From positions 62,001 to 126,000 of the forward strand of contig JAUCBJ010008490.1 in assembly GCA_032718475.1 (NCBI GenBank): a stretch of 64,000 nucleotides of DNA, given 5' to 3'. The translations under genes were made by a program, and so were the position numbers. Origin of the DNA: Nemertoderma westbladi. Its lineage: Eukaryota; Animalia; Xenacoelomorpha. The notes under the pieces were generated by a model. The model ran no database searches. It saw only the letters and a program-made list of their open reading frames with translations, and was not told where the DNA came from. Shown one piece after another: positions 45,632-58,407 of the stretch. The number at the start of each line of letters is the position of its first letter. Positions within the stretch are counted from its first letter, which is position 1.

Positions 45632-48600
45632 CAGTCAGATAGGTATTATTAGAAGGCACACTTTACATTGAGATAGGTATTATTAGAAGGCACACTTTAC
45701 ATTGAGATAGGTATTATTAGAAGGCACACTTTACATTGAGATCGGTATTATTAGAAGGCACACTTTACAGTCAGATAGGTATTATTAGAAGGCACACTTT
45801 ACAGTCAGATAGGTATTATTAGAAGGCACACTTTACAGTCAGATAGGTATTATTAGAAGGCACACTTTACAGTCAGATAGGTATTATTAGAAGGCACACT
45901 TTACAGTCAGATAGGTATTATTAGAAGGCACACTTTACATTGAGATAGGTATTATTAGAAGGCACACTTTACATTGAGATAGATATTATTAGAAGGCACA
46001 CTTTACAGTCAGATAGGTATTATTAGAAGGCACACTTTACATTGAGATAGGTATTATTAGAAGGCACACTTTACATTGAGATAGGTATTATTAGAAGGCA
46101 CACTTTACATTGAGATCGGTATTATTAGAAGGCACACTTTACATTGAGATAGGTATTATTAGAAGGCACACTTTACATTGAGATAGGTATTATTAGAAGG
46201 CACACTTTACATTGAGATATGTATTATTAGAAGGCACACTTTACATTGAGATAGGTATTATTAGAAGGCACACTTTACATTGAGATCGGTATTATTAGAA
46301 GGCACACTTTACATTGAGATAGGTATTATTAGAAGGCACACTTTACAGTCAGATAAGTATTATTAGAAGGCACACTTTACATTGAGATAGGTATTATTAG
46401 AAGGTACACTTTACATTGAGATATGTATTATTAGAAGGTACACTTTACAGTCAGATAGGTATTATTAGAAGGCACACTTTACAGTCAGATAGGTATTATT
46501 AGAAGGCACACTTTACAGTCAGATAGGTATTATTAGAAGGCACACTTTACAGTCAGATAAGTATTATTAGAAGGCACACTTTACATTGAGATAGGTATTA
46601 TTAGAAGGTACACTTTACATTGAGATATGTATTATTAGAAGGTACACTTTACAGTCAGATAGGTATTATTAGAAGGCATACTTTACAGTCAGATCGGTAT
46701 TATTAGAAGGCACACTTTACATTGAGATAGGTATTATTAGAAGGCACACTTTACATTGAGATAGGTATTATTAGAAGGCACACTTTACATTGAGATAGGT
46801 ATTATTAGAAGGCACACTTTACATTGAGATAGGTATTATTAGAAGGCACACTTTACATTGAGATAGGTATTATTAGAAGGCACACTTTACATTGAGATAG
46901 GTATTATTAGAAAGCACACTTTACATTGAGATAGGTATTATTAGAAGGCACACTTTACAGTCAGATAGGTATTATTAGAAGGCACACTTTACAGTCAGAT
47001 CGGTATTATTAGAAGGCACACTTTACAGTCAGATAGGTATTATTAGAAGGCACACTTTACATTGAGATAGGTATTATTAGAAGGCACACTTTACAGTCAG
47101 ATAGGTATTATTAGAAGGCACACTTTACAGTCAGATAGGTATTATTAGAAGGCACACTTTACAGTCAGATAGGTATTATTAGAAGGCACACTTTACATTG
47201 AGATAGGTATTATTAGAAGGCACACTTTACAATCAGATCGGTATTATTAGAAGGCACACTTTACAGTCAGATAGGTATTATTAGAAGGCACACTTTACAT
47301 TGAGATAGATATTATTAGAAGGCACACTTTACATTGAGATAGGTATTATTAGAAGGCACACTTTACAGTCAGATAGGTATTATTAGAAGGCACACTTTAC
47401 ATTGAGATAGGTATTATTAGAAGGCACACTTTACATTGAGATAGGTATTATTAGAAAGCACACTTTACATTGAGATAGGTATTATTAGAAGGCACACTTT
47501 ACAGTCAGATAGGTATTATTAGAAGGCACACTTTACAGTCAGATCGGTATTATTAGAAGGCACACTTTACAGTCAGATAGGTATTATTAGAAGGCACACT
47601 TTACATTGAGATAGGTATTATTAGAAGGCACACTTTACAGTCAGATAGGTATTATTAGAAGGCACACTTTACAGTCAGATAGGTATTATTAGAAGGCACA
47701 CTTTACAGTCAGATAGGTATTATTAGAAGGCACACTTTACATTGAGATAGGTATTATTAGAAGGCACACTTTACAATCAGATCGGTATTATTAGAAGGCA
47801 CACTTTACAGTCAGATAGGTATTATTAGAAGGCACACTTTACATTGAGATAGGTATTATTAGAAGGCACACTTTACAATCAGATCGGTATTATTAGAAGG
47901 CACACTTTACAGTCAGATAGGTATTATTAGAAGGCACACTTTACATTGAGATAGATATTATTAGAAGGCACACTTTACATTGAGATAGGTATTATTAGAA
48001 GGCACACTTTACAGTCAGATAGGTATTATTAGAAGGCACACTTTACATTGAGATAGGTATTATTAGAAGGCACACTTTACAGTCAGATAGGTATTATTAG
48101 AAGGCACACTTTACAGTCAGATCGGTATTATTAGAAGGCACACTTTACAGTCAGATAGGTATTATTAGAAGGCACACTTTACATTGAGATAGGTATTATT
48201 AGAAGGCACACTTTACAGTCAGATAGGTATTATTAGAAGGCACACTTTACAGTCAGATAGGTATTATTAGAAGGCACACTTTACATTGAGATAGGTATTA
48301 TTAGAAGGCACACTTTACAGTCAGATCGGTATTATTAGAAGGCACACTTTACAGTCAGATAGGTATTATTAGAAGGCACACTTTACATTGAGATAGGTAT
48401 TATTAGAAGGCACACTTTACAGTCAGATAGGTATTATTAGAAGGCACACTTTACATTGAGATAGGTATTATTAGAAGGCACACTTTACATTGAGATAGGT
48501 ATTATTAGAAGGCACACTTTACATTGAGATAGGTATTATTAGAAGGCACACTTTACATTGAGATCGGTATTATTAGAAGGCACACTTTACATTGAGATAG

Positions 48601-48792
48601 GTATTATTAGAAGGCACACTTTACATTGAGATAGGTATTATTAGAAGGCACACTTTACATTGAGATAGGTATTATTAGAAGGCACACTTTACATTGAGAT
48701 AGGTATTATTAGAAGGCACACTTTACAGTCAGATAGGTATTATTAGAAGGCACACTTTACATTGAGATAGGTATTATTAGAAGGCACACTTT
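45632..48792. repeat. Satellite B, tandem 34-bp unit A[TTG/GTC]AGATAGGTATTATTAGAAGGCACACTTTAC
   Basis: Head-to-tail 34-mers with two main alleles, ATTGAG and AGTCAG. Confidence 0.98.
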
Positions 48793-49051
48793 TGTCCGGA
48801 ATATTTCGGAATCCCGGGCATCGAAAATATCACAGACCGAAAGAAAACATGTATTTCTTGCTTGCTAGTATATTACTCAGTTCGTATATATATCAGTATA
48901 TGATAGGATAACGTACATACATAAATGTCAGATAACACAAAACTAAAACAGTAAAACTAAAAGCACAGTGTACTCTACTGCCGTACTGCCTGACTGAACT
49001 ACCAACTGAAAGCACCCAGCTGATCATCCTAAATACAGTATATTTGGGACA
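48793..49051 (-). repeat. 3' LTR of the BEL/Pao element
   Basis: Direct repeat of 54962-55220; two substitutions seen. Confidence 0.95.
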
Positions 49052-49176
49052 CACTGGGCCCCAGAGAAAATACATATTTGCACAACAGATACTTAGCTTC
49101 ATGGATAAGACAAAACTAGTAAGACACAAATATGTTTACATAGAAATTTGATTAAAAATATCTTTCAAATATAAAT

Positions 49177-52100
49177 TCAATCGCTTTCACCTTCACTTTC
49201 ATAGACTTGCATAATTTTACGTCTTGCGTCAATAGCAGCTTTACGTTTCGGTCGAACTACATTAGCTGTTTCAACAGTAGTTTCGGTCGAAGTCAATGTG
49301 GGTGTAGGGTCATGAACATCAGGGCACTCCAAGGGATAAAGACGCTTGATTGGCCTTACACAACTACCATTCTTAGTCCTTAATGTCACTGATCGTACAT
49401 GACCATCTATACCTTTATGTAACTCGATGACCTTTCCTAATGACCACTGCATACGAGGTATCTTGTCACCAATCAATACAACATCGCCGATATTTGGAGA
49501 TCGTATAATTTCCTTGGCTGTACCCCGATGAAACTCGCGTAATGTTGACAAATAATCCTTATTCCACAGACACCATGCTCGATTAAGAATGTTCTCAAGA
49601 TATTGATGGCGTTCGATTAGCCCCTCTCGAATTCCGAACGGAGGATCATTATTCAGATTGTTACTCTCTTCAATATCGACAGGATATCCTGAGATGCGAT
49701 GTCCGATGAGTAGCATAGAGGGTGTTAAGGGTTCTACTTCCCCAACGTTAGAACTAACATAGGTTAATGGCCGGTCGTTCATCATTGCTTCAACCTCTGT
49801 TGCAATGGTCTGCAGAGCCTCGAAATCGATAATGCGACGTCCTAATGCCCTCTTCAAAATACTTTTCCCTATTCCGATCAATCGCTCGTAGAGCCCTCCA
49901 AACCAAGGAGAATACGGAGGGATGAATTCCCAAGAACAACGTTGTGATAAGAGGTAACTCTGAACTGATGATTCACCTTGTAAGTCTCGTAAATCTAGGT
50001 CAGCACCAATGAATGTGGTTGAATTGTCACTTATAAAACGCGACGGACATCCTCTACGCGCTATAAATCTACGTAGCGCACATAAGAAAGTTTTGACTGA
50101 ATTGTCCCGTACGACTTCCCAATGGACAGCCCTAGAGGAAGCGCACGTAAAAAGAACAAGGTATGCCTTAACAATTTTGTTGCATTCTTCCACTTGTAAA
50201 GCGCCTGTATAATCAACACCAGTTGTGTTGAAGGGCCGAGACACCTGGACACGATAGGCAGGTAAGGGAGGAATGGGAACTGATGAATAAGACGGTCCTT
50301 GAACACGAATGCAATTTTTACAACTACGGACTAAGGAGTTTACTCTCTGTCTGATACGAGGAATCCACCAGTTTTGTCTAATATGCATGATAGTCTGAGA
50401 ATCTCCCACATGCATGTGACGATAATGGAAATCCAAGATGATTAAGTCGGTAATCCTATGTTTAGAAGGCAACAAAATTGGAAATTTCGTGTTCCAATTT
50501 AAATCAGCGTAATCAATGCGACCCTTACTACGAATTATATTAGTGTCATCTAAGAAAAGTTGTAGTTGTTTTACAAGCACTGGTGTTCGTCTACAAACCA
50601 TGGGCTTATTTCCCTTTGTCGTAAGGAAATCCAAGACTTCAGTGAAAGTCTCACGTTGGATTCTATGTACCCAATAAGTTTCGGCTGCCTTAATGTCATT
50701 AACACCAAGAACAGGAGCAATATTACAATAAGAGCTACCGTGACATTTGAGATTACGGACGAATCTCAGAATCCAGGCAGATACTCGTAATAGACGACTG
50801 TAGTCGCTATAATCGGCTGGGTTTAAGACATCGGTAATAACATCCCTTTCTCCATCTCCAAGAATGCTGGTAATCTTATCGTTGTCGTTCTTCTCAGCAT
50901 CAATAAGGTTACTAGCAACAGAAGCTATTACCACGGAATTTGGCCAACGGGTACAATCTGGTAACCAATCTGGGCCATATTTCCACAAATCAGAAATAAT
51001 AAACTTGGAATAATTGATACCCCTTGTTAAAAGATCACTTGGATTGTCATTCGTACCCACATGTTTGAATGTAGTAGTAGGTAGTAATTCTCTAATTTCT
51101 AAAACTCGATTACGTACATACGGTTTATCCAGTTTGATTGACTGTAACCAACATAGAGCAATAGTGCTGTCAGACCATAGGAAAAGACAACCGCATAAAA
51201 ATTCCTTGTAATAAATATTAGAAACGTAAGTTAATAGTCTAGCTCCAACTAAAATGGCAGTCAATTCCAACTGCGGCAAAGTGAGGCTGCCACTGGCTAA
51301 ACGTTCAACACTCTTAACCGGAGTAACACGTGCCTTGGCTGTTACTAAAGCAGAACCATTGCTGTTAACCATGTAAACAACGGCACCATAAGCCTTAGTT
51401 GATGCATCACAAAAGCAATGAAAATCAGTTTCGTCTGATAGTGACTACATTCTAGGCATGGAGAAGGCGGATAATAGATTCAAATCACAAACTAATTTTG
51501 ACCAATCACGAGCCAGATTACTAGGAATGACGTCATCCCATTTCAAATTTAATTTCCAGAGTTCTTGAATTAGCATTTTAGAACGAATAGTAACCGGAAC
51601 TAACCACCCATAGGGATCATATATCTTTGGAGCAGAACTAACAACATGGCGTTTTGTCAGTTTGTCAATGTCAGGAACGTCAATTTTGCGGGTTGGAAAA
51701 CCTAAGGTGTCTGCATTAATATTCCAATTAATACCAAAAATCAAGGTGTCAGGTTTGTCAGTTGTAGGACCGTCACCATTCAGTCTAATAATGTTACTCA
51801 ATTTCGGTGAATTTGTGAACCATTGTCGCAAAGGAAACCCACCTTCCCTTAAAATAGCGCGACTTTGAATGTAAAAATCAATAAGTCGATCTTCGGATAC
51901 CTCTGTATCCTGTAAATTGTCTACATACATATTTTGCAAAATTATTTTTGCAATAGGAGCATTACACTGTTTAAGGTGATGTTGAATAGTTGAGTTCAAC
52001 AAAAATTGGCTGCAGTTTGCACCAAATAAAACCACTTTAAATCTATAAGTCAAAATTGGACTATTAAGATCAAATGGATCTTTAGGCCAAAGAAATCTAG

Positions 52101-54770
52101 TGACGTCACGGTCTATTTCGGCTAACACTATTTGAAAATAAGCCTTTTCAATATCAGAAATAGCACAGAAATTATGAATACGAAAACGTAACAATAAATC
52201 ATACAGTAGTTGATTTGTAGGCGGACCAGTTAACAAACAATCATTTAAACTGACATTGTTTTTACCGCTACCAGAAGAACAATCATACACTATACGTAAA
52301 GGAGTAGTGGCGGATTGCGGTTTTTCTACACCGTGGTGTGGTATATAGTGCACCAGATTACCGCTACGAGTGATTCCATTGGATACAAAAATATCATCAA
52401 CAGGAACTAATTCAATAAAATTTCTAGTTAACTGCTCATTAACTAAGTTATTGTAACAAGTTAGAAAGTCTGGGTTTCTACGTAATTTATTTAATGTAGA
52501 TTCTAACCGTTTTCTACATAAACCGTAGTTTAGTGATAAATGGGCGTGGTTTTGTAACCATGGCAACCTTGTAATGTACATACCATCACTATATTCAATG
52601 CTATTATTAAATTCAAGAATAGCTGTTTCGTGATCAAAATTGGTAGCATTCATGTTAATACCAATTTCATCTAAACTCCACAAACGTTCTAAACATACAG
52701 AAACGTCATTACATTGGAGGCATAATTCACTTGGTTTAACATAGCAATATTCAAAATTATGATTTACACTAATGCCAATGTGCATAACAGAAATAACGTT
52801 ATTTTGTATACGTGCATCAGAAATCTTACCAGAATGTACATTTCCTACTATGATATTACCCAAATTGGATGGTAATACATTTACGTCATTTATAACATTA
52901 TCATTGTAAACAAAATTGAAATACTGATCACTACCAATAAGTAAACAAATATTGGAAATGGAATCCCCACGGCAAGGATCCGCTAAACTAAATCCTTGTA
53001 ATGTAAACCGATCGACGATCGCGGAACGGCCCGGAGTCGACAAACGAGGCAGTCTATCAACTAAAATAGCGTTTGTTTCCACGAAACCATCTGAGGTTTC
53101 AACGTTAAATGAAACTACATCGTACCATTGACACAATCCGTCACTATTAATCCCATCGATACCGATCCAAATCCGTTCCACAATAGGAAGATGTAATGAT
53201 TCAGCAGCTTGGCGGAGCAATAGAGTACGTTGCGAGCCTTGATCGAAAAGCGCCCGCAACTTATAGGTACGACGATTATTATCGCTAATAACCGGAACTA
53301 CGGCAGTCGGTAGTAGCGTTGAATGGTTATCGGTAACCAGAGTAGAAAAGGAGACGGAGGCAACACTTCCCTTTGAACCACTAGATGCAGTCGGTTGTCG
53401 GTTTGTGTCTCTAGAGCTAGATGCTTGGGATTGTAATAACGTGGAACCGTGTAGCACTGTATGATGGCGACTGTTACAAACGAAACAATTTTGGGTCGAA
53501 CACTTCGATAAGTTCGAATGTTCCGGTTTTAAACAGTTGGTACACAGCTTTAATTCATTGACGCGCTGTGCTTTCTTATCAGGCGTTTTATATATATCGC
53601 AGAAACGAACGCTATGCTCACCCTTACACAGGAAGCATTTTATCGGCCTTATAGGTCTATTAGTGAACGTCTTCGATGATGGAGATGAGACGGAGAACGA
53701 ACCGGCGGTTCCGCCTCTGACGTCTTCCGGAGAAAACCTCTTCTTGTCGACCCAACCTCCCTTTCCCTTCGAAGAAATTGTTGGCTGGGATTCTAGCGAA
53801 GTTAACTGCTCGATCTCCTCTTGAAGAGCTTTACGTGGTTCGTCAAGGGTCCAATATGAAGTTCGAGCCGCACGATTAATGTTATCTCGGATTTTGGCGG
53901 GAAGTTTCCTCAACAAAATTTCAGAATAGACATATCCCGCCTCTTCCACATTACCACCGAGATTCCTAATGCCACGTATCTGAGCCTCGTACATAGCTCG
54001 GAACGCAGCAAGTTCCCGAGATGACACACCCGGGGACTCCAAATCTAGAAGTAGATGTAAACGCAACCGCATAATTAATTGCGGTTTACCGAACGATTCG
54101 CGTAGTAACTGGACAGATTCCTCGTAATCTTCGTTCGATCTTTGGAAGTTGTCGACTAGTCTGGCAGCATCTCCGCTGAGCTGCCCTTCTAGGTAGGAAA
54201 ACTTCGTCGCCCCAGCTAAATCAGAACGGCTATGAACGGCGTCGTTAAATCTATCCCAAAAGTTAGTCCAGTCGACTGGATTGCCACTGAAAACCGGAAG
54301 CTTTAATACCGGAAGCTTCTGAGTTTTATGAGGGTTTGTAGAGGACGCACCTGATGTATTATGATTGTGAAGATGTTGTGGTTGGCCCATATCATCGAAT
54401 TGACCATGATAATCACCAGAATTGAAACGATTGTTGTTCTCTCTAATTCGTATGAACTTCTCACAACTATTGTGGAAGAAATTCGCATATCGTCCTTGGA
54501 ATTCGTTTCTATATCCGCAGCAATGACGTCAGCCTCGACAATATGAGAATATATTTCCTCGTTGACAACGTTCAACTTCGATTGTTGAACTCGAAGAGCC
54601 TCGATAACATCCCGGATCGTGTCGACATCCGGATCGGTTACAAACTCCCTAGTGGCTGCGTCAACATAGATTAAACCATCGAGTTGAGTCATTAGTCGAG
54701 ACGCTACCGACTTGTGACCTCGTCGCTTATTTTTCAGGTGTCGTAAGGTGTCAGCATCCATGTCCATCAC
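49177..54770 (-). pseudogene. BEL/Pao Gag-Pol polyprotein with one frameshift (~54470) and one in-frame TAG (51445-51447)
   Basis: KLPVLKLPVFSGNPVDWTNFWDRF Gag; three Cys/His knuckles; ALFDQGSQRT protease; SDIEKAY...YVDN RT; FHCFCDASTKAYGAVVY RNase H just past the TAG; GVDYTG/SDNSTTF/GGLYERL integrase; RPIKRLYPLE tail. Confidence 0.94.
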
Positions 54771-54941
54771 GCTATTACGTTGCCGTTAAATCGGGATCCG
54801 TTGACCCAATAGGCAAGCCTGATTGCTGACTACTGGACTAGCAGACAAGTCTGCTACTGCTAGTGCTGCGGTAAAACGATTAGGCTCTACCGGTATTACC
54901 GGTAAGAGTTATTATTGTCAGGACGACAATTTCCGGGCGAG

Positions 54942-54959
54942 TCCCGGGTCACCGCACCA
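54942..54959 (-). promoter_or_regulatory. Primer binding site of the BEL element, tRNA-His-like
   Basis: The minus strand reads TGGTGCGGTGACCCGGGA, separated from the 5' LTR by 2 nt. It resembles the tRNA-His complement TGGTGCCGTGACTCGG. Confidence 0.7.
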
Positions 54960-54961
54960 AA

Positions 54962-55220
54962 TGTCCGGAATATTTCGGAATCCCGGACATCGAAAATATC
55001 ACAGACCGAAAGAAAACATGTATTTCTTGCTTGCTAGTATATTACTCAGTTCGTATATATATCAGTATATGATAGGATAACGTACATACATAAATGTCAG
55101 ATAACACAAAACTAAAACAGTAAAACTAAAAGCACAGTGTACTCTACTGTCGTACTGCCTGACTGAACTACCAACTGAAAGCACCCAGCTGATCATCCTA
55201 AATACAGTATATTTGGGACA
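54962..55220 (-). repeat. 5' LTR of the BEL/Pao element
   Basis: Direct repeat of 48793-49051, adjacent to the PBS. Confidence 0.95.
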
Positions 55221-55697
55221 ACTTTACATTGAGATAGGTATTATTAGAAGGCACACTTTACATTGAGATAGGTATTATTAGAAGGCACACTTTACATTGA
55301 GATCGGTATTATTAGAAGGCACACTTTACAGTCAGATAAGTATTATTAGAAGGCACACTTTAGTGAGACCGGTATTATTAGAAGGCACACTTTACAGTCA
55401 GATAAGTATTATTAGAAGGCACACTTTAGTGAGACCGGTATTATTAGAAGGCACACTTTACAGTCAGATAAGTATTATTAGAAGGCACACTTTAGTGAGA
55501 CCGGTATTATTAGAAGGCACACTTTACAGTCAGATAAGTATTATTAGAAGGCACACTTTAGTGAGACCGGTATTATTAGAAGGCACACTTTACATTGAGA
55601 TAGGTATTATTAGAAGGCACACTTTACAGTCAGATAGGTATCATTAGAAGGCACACTTTACATTGAGATAGGTATTATTAGAAGGCACACTTTACAT
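55221..55697. repeat. Satellite B, short segment including four copies of a 66-bp (34+32) dimer
   Basis: 34-mers, with the variant TTTAGTGAGACCGG alternating with CAGTCAGATAAG. Confidence 0.95.
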
Positions 55698-56119
55698 CAG
55701 TGGCGTGGTGGGACCCAGTATGGGGCCCGTGAAATCCCAAAAAAAGGGCCCATTCATAAATGCTAGATCACCTGGAATTTTGACGAACAAACCCTAACGC
55801 ACAAAATATTTTATAGAAAAAGGCTTTTATAAAGTTTTGAAGAAACAAATATAATAGCACAGTTAATCATAATAATACTGTATAAGAAGTGATATAGGGC
55901 CGTACACAATATATTTATTTAAACTTTTTACTTTCTACCGCGAAGTTTCGATTTAGTTATAGTTGTTGCAAAGGCTTCAAAATGTAGAGCTTCCTTCGTC
56001 AAGTTTTTCAATATAACAGCTGTAGTTCAATTTCATCGGTCCAAGACCTGTTTAATTTCATCAGGAGAATGCTTCCAAATGTTAGTGAGATTGCATGAAA
56101 CTTGAAATAGAGGTAGAAT

Positions 56120-57345
56120 AATTTTTAGCAACAAGCGTTTAAAAAATGTCGATATTGCACCAGTTACTACACCATATACCATAGTTATTACACCATAAAA
56201 GTAAATTTTCTTCGGCCGCTAGGCCAGGGATTACGCACAAAGTCTGACGACTTATTTCCAGTGCGGTCCCCCCAAAACTTTACTCCCCAGAGGAAACTCC
56301 AGTACTCATTTAGCTACCACTTAAGGATGCAAAGCAGAGATGCGCCCTGGCTGGTCCCTTTAAAGCATTCGTGCTGAAACGAAAACTGCCCTGGCCCATG
56401 TGAGGATTGAACCCACGACCTACAGGAGATGTGAATTCAATGCAACCACTACACCAAGGTGGAACCATACACCGCAGTTATTCATTGTCTGCCTTATCTG
56501 CTTATAGTAACATTCGTTGTAAAGGGTCAACATTTACTTTTGAACCCAGAAAACGTTTATAGGCAATAAAATAAAAAACCAAAAGGTAATACAACGTTGT
56601 TGCGCGGGTGTAGCCTACATGTATTTTACACATTATTGTGTGGTATTGTCAAATATTTTACAATAGTTTTTGAGTATTCAAAAAAATCAAGTCTCCCCTA
56701 AAATCAAGTCTCCCTCACTCTCCCTAGTGAAGGAAAGCTGATGGAGAAAAGGATTCAAAATATGTAGAATTTCGTTGAAAAATGGCTGAGATATGAGCGT
56801 TCAATAATGTTGCATAGTGTTGCACCTCTACGAGGCTATTTTATTATATTCTAATTAAGCCATGGGACTGGGAGTGGCACAATAAAACACGATAAAGAGA
56901 ATAAATAATAAATTAAATTAAAAGCACCGTCACTTAGATATACTGAAGTAGAGTTAATGAATCCGGTGGAGATTCTATTTAATAATTACATCATATTCTG
57001 GAACATTTTGTTAAAGTATGAATAGCTACGTAATAGTATGATTAAAAAGGTAATGATTGCATTGTTGTACAGCTATGTATTGGACAAACAAAATGTTCCA
57101 GAATATGGTGTTTTTATTTAAATAGAATAAAATTACCTCACGCAGATGCAAAACTATGTAACTTTCTAACGCTCATATTTCGGCTATTCTTCAACGAAAT
57201 TCAGATTGTGTTACATATTTGGGATCATTCCATGATCAGCTTTCCATCCTTACAAACACATCACAATAACGTTGAAGAATAACTGCGGTATAACTGGTGC
57301 AATAACGACCGAGGCACCTTTTTGAAACGCTTTTAGCTAAAAAAT
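56120..57345. repeat. Degenerate long inverted repeat (foldback/MITE-like) nested in the hAT-like element
   Basis: Nested inverted pairs: 56120-56167/57291-57345, 56471-56483/57277-57290, 56730-56801/57168-57248, 56973-57011/57089-57128. Confidence 0.72.
56195..56466 (-). mobile_element. tRNA-derived SINE-like insertion
   Basis: Minus strand has A-box TGGTGTAGTGG (56446-56456) and B-box GGTTCAATCC (56404-56413), then a non-tRNA body. It interrupts the left arm of the foldback. The 3' boundary is approximate. Confidence 0.65.
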
Positions 57346-58407
57346 GAGAACAAAAATAAAAATTCTGACTAAGATTTGTTTAAAAAAATGTGTGCTTGGG
57401 GGGGGGGGGGGGGGTGGGGTCATGTAGCTGAACGACACTATATATTCCAGGAAATGGTGTACTACTATATTGTAAACAGGTAGGTGTATAACATTGAGTG
57501 TAATATGAAGACTGACAGGACTTTGGGAATTAACAGTTATTACATAGTGTATAGATGATAGAAATGCTAACGCTGGTGAATGCCTACCATTTCATCCGTT
57601 CAGTTATTACATAGGTATATCCAATGACTTTTGGACAAACTGACCAATCAGACAACACGTTGACCAGCGTTCTCAGACAGATAAGATTACATCATGTTTA
57701 TTATATTAGAGTACCTACCTATGTACCTCTATTTCATGGGAGATGACTGGTATATTGAACTTTGGTAGATGGTCAGCTCAGGTGAAACGAATGCATTCCC
57801 AACTGTTATATGTACATACACAGCACAGAGCATTATAGGGGAAGAGGGCGCCCCACTACGGTAGGCAATTAGGCTCCCTTTTCCTATTAACAACTCAATA
57901 TTTACAGACTACTGCTAAAGAAAGGCTGGCCATTATTGGGTAATGAATGAGGCAGGGTATAGAACAGGTGTAAATGGAGTACGTCTCCATCGTGATTTCT
58001 ATCTGGTCTGGCGGGCTGGCACTAATGTAACTTCAACACAGTTTGCCTTGTCTGACGCCTGAGGGGACTTTTTCAATATAGAATAATACTGGTATGTGCC
58101 CCTACCAACGTTTACTACCCCCCCCCCCCCCACCCCCCTCCCCCCTCATCCTATCAAACCCTCTTAGATTAGTGCTGTGCATGCTAACTGCGACGCGACA
58201 TGAAACCTTTATAGCTATTGTTTTGGTTTCGTTGCTTAAATTTTATTGGAAATATGTAATACTATAACTATAATTATAACTATATATAATAACTATAATT
58301 TTTTATAACATCAATATAATTTTATGACCCTGAGGGGTCCTGGGGGCCCTGATCGTCAAGGGGGCCCGGGAATTTTCCCGAATAGATGTATGGCCACCAC
58401 GCCTCTG

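Larger units (their letters stand above)
48793..55220 (-). mobile_element. Full-length BEL/Pao LTR retrotransposon (~6.4 kb), 5-bp TSD ACTTT
   Basis: 259-bp LTRs with TGTCC...GGACA ends. ACTTT at 48788-48792 and 55221-55225. BEL-type polyprotein on the minus strand. Confidence 0.97.
55698..58407. mobile_element. Non-autonomous hAT-like DNA transposon (2.7 kb), 8-bp TSD CTTTACAT
   Basis: TIR CAGTGGCGTGGTGG / CCACCACGCCTCTG (13/14). CTTTACAT at 55690-55697 and 58408-58415. GGGCCC subterminal motifs at both ends. No ORF. Confidence 0.88.

Noticed and set aside
54823-55080. ORFs overlapping the BEL LTRs (also 48893-49129)
   Set aside because: Non-ATG starts, no motifs, and they lie in LTR/UTR sequence.
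55297-55647. 116-aa repeat protein ORF
   Set aside because: An artefact of the 66-bp satellite dimer being a multiple of three.
56395-56466. Functional tRNA gene
   Set aside because: A and B boxes are present but there is no convincing acceptor or anticodon stem. It is better explained as a SINE head.
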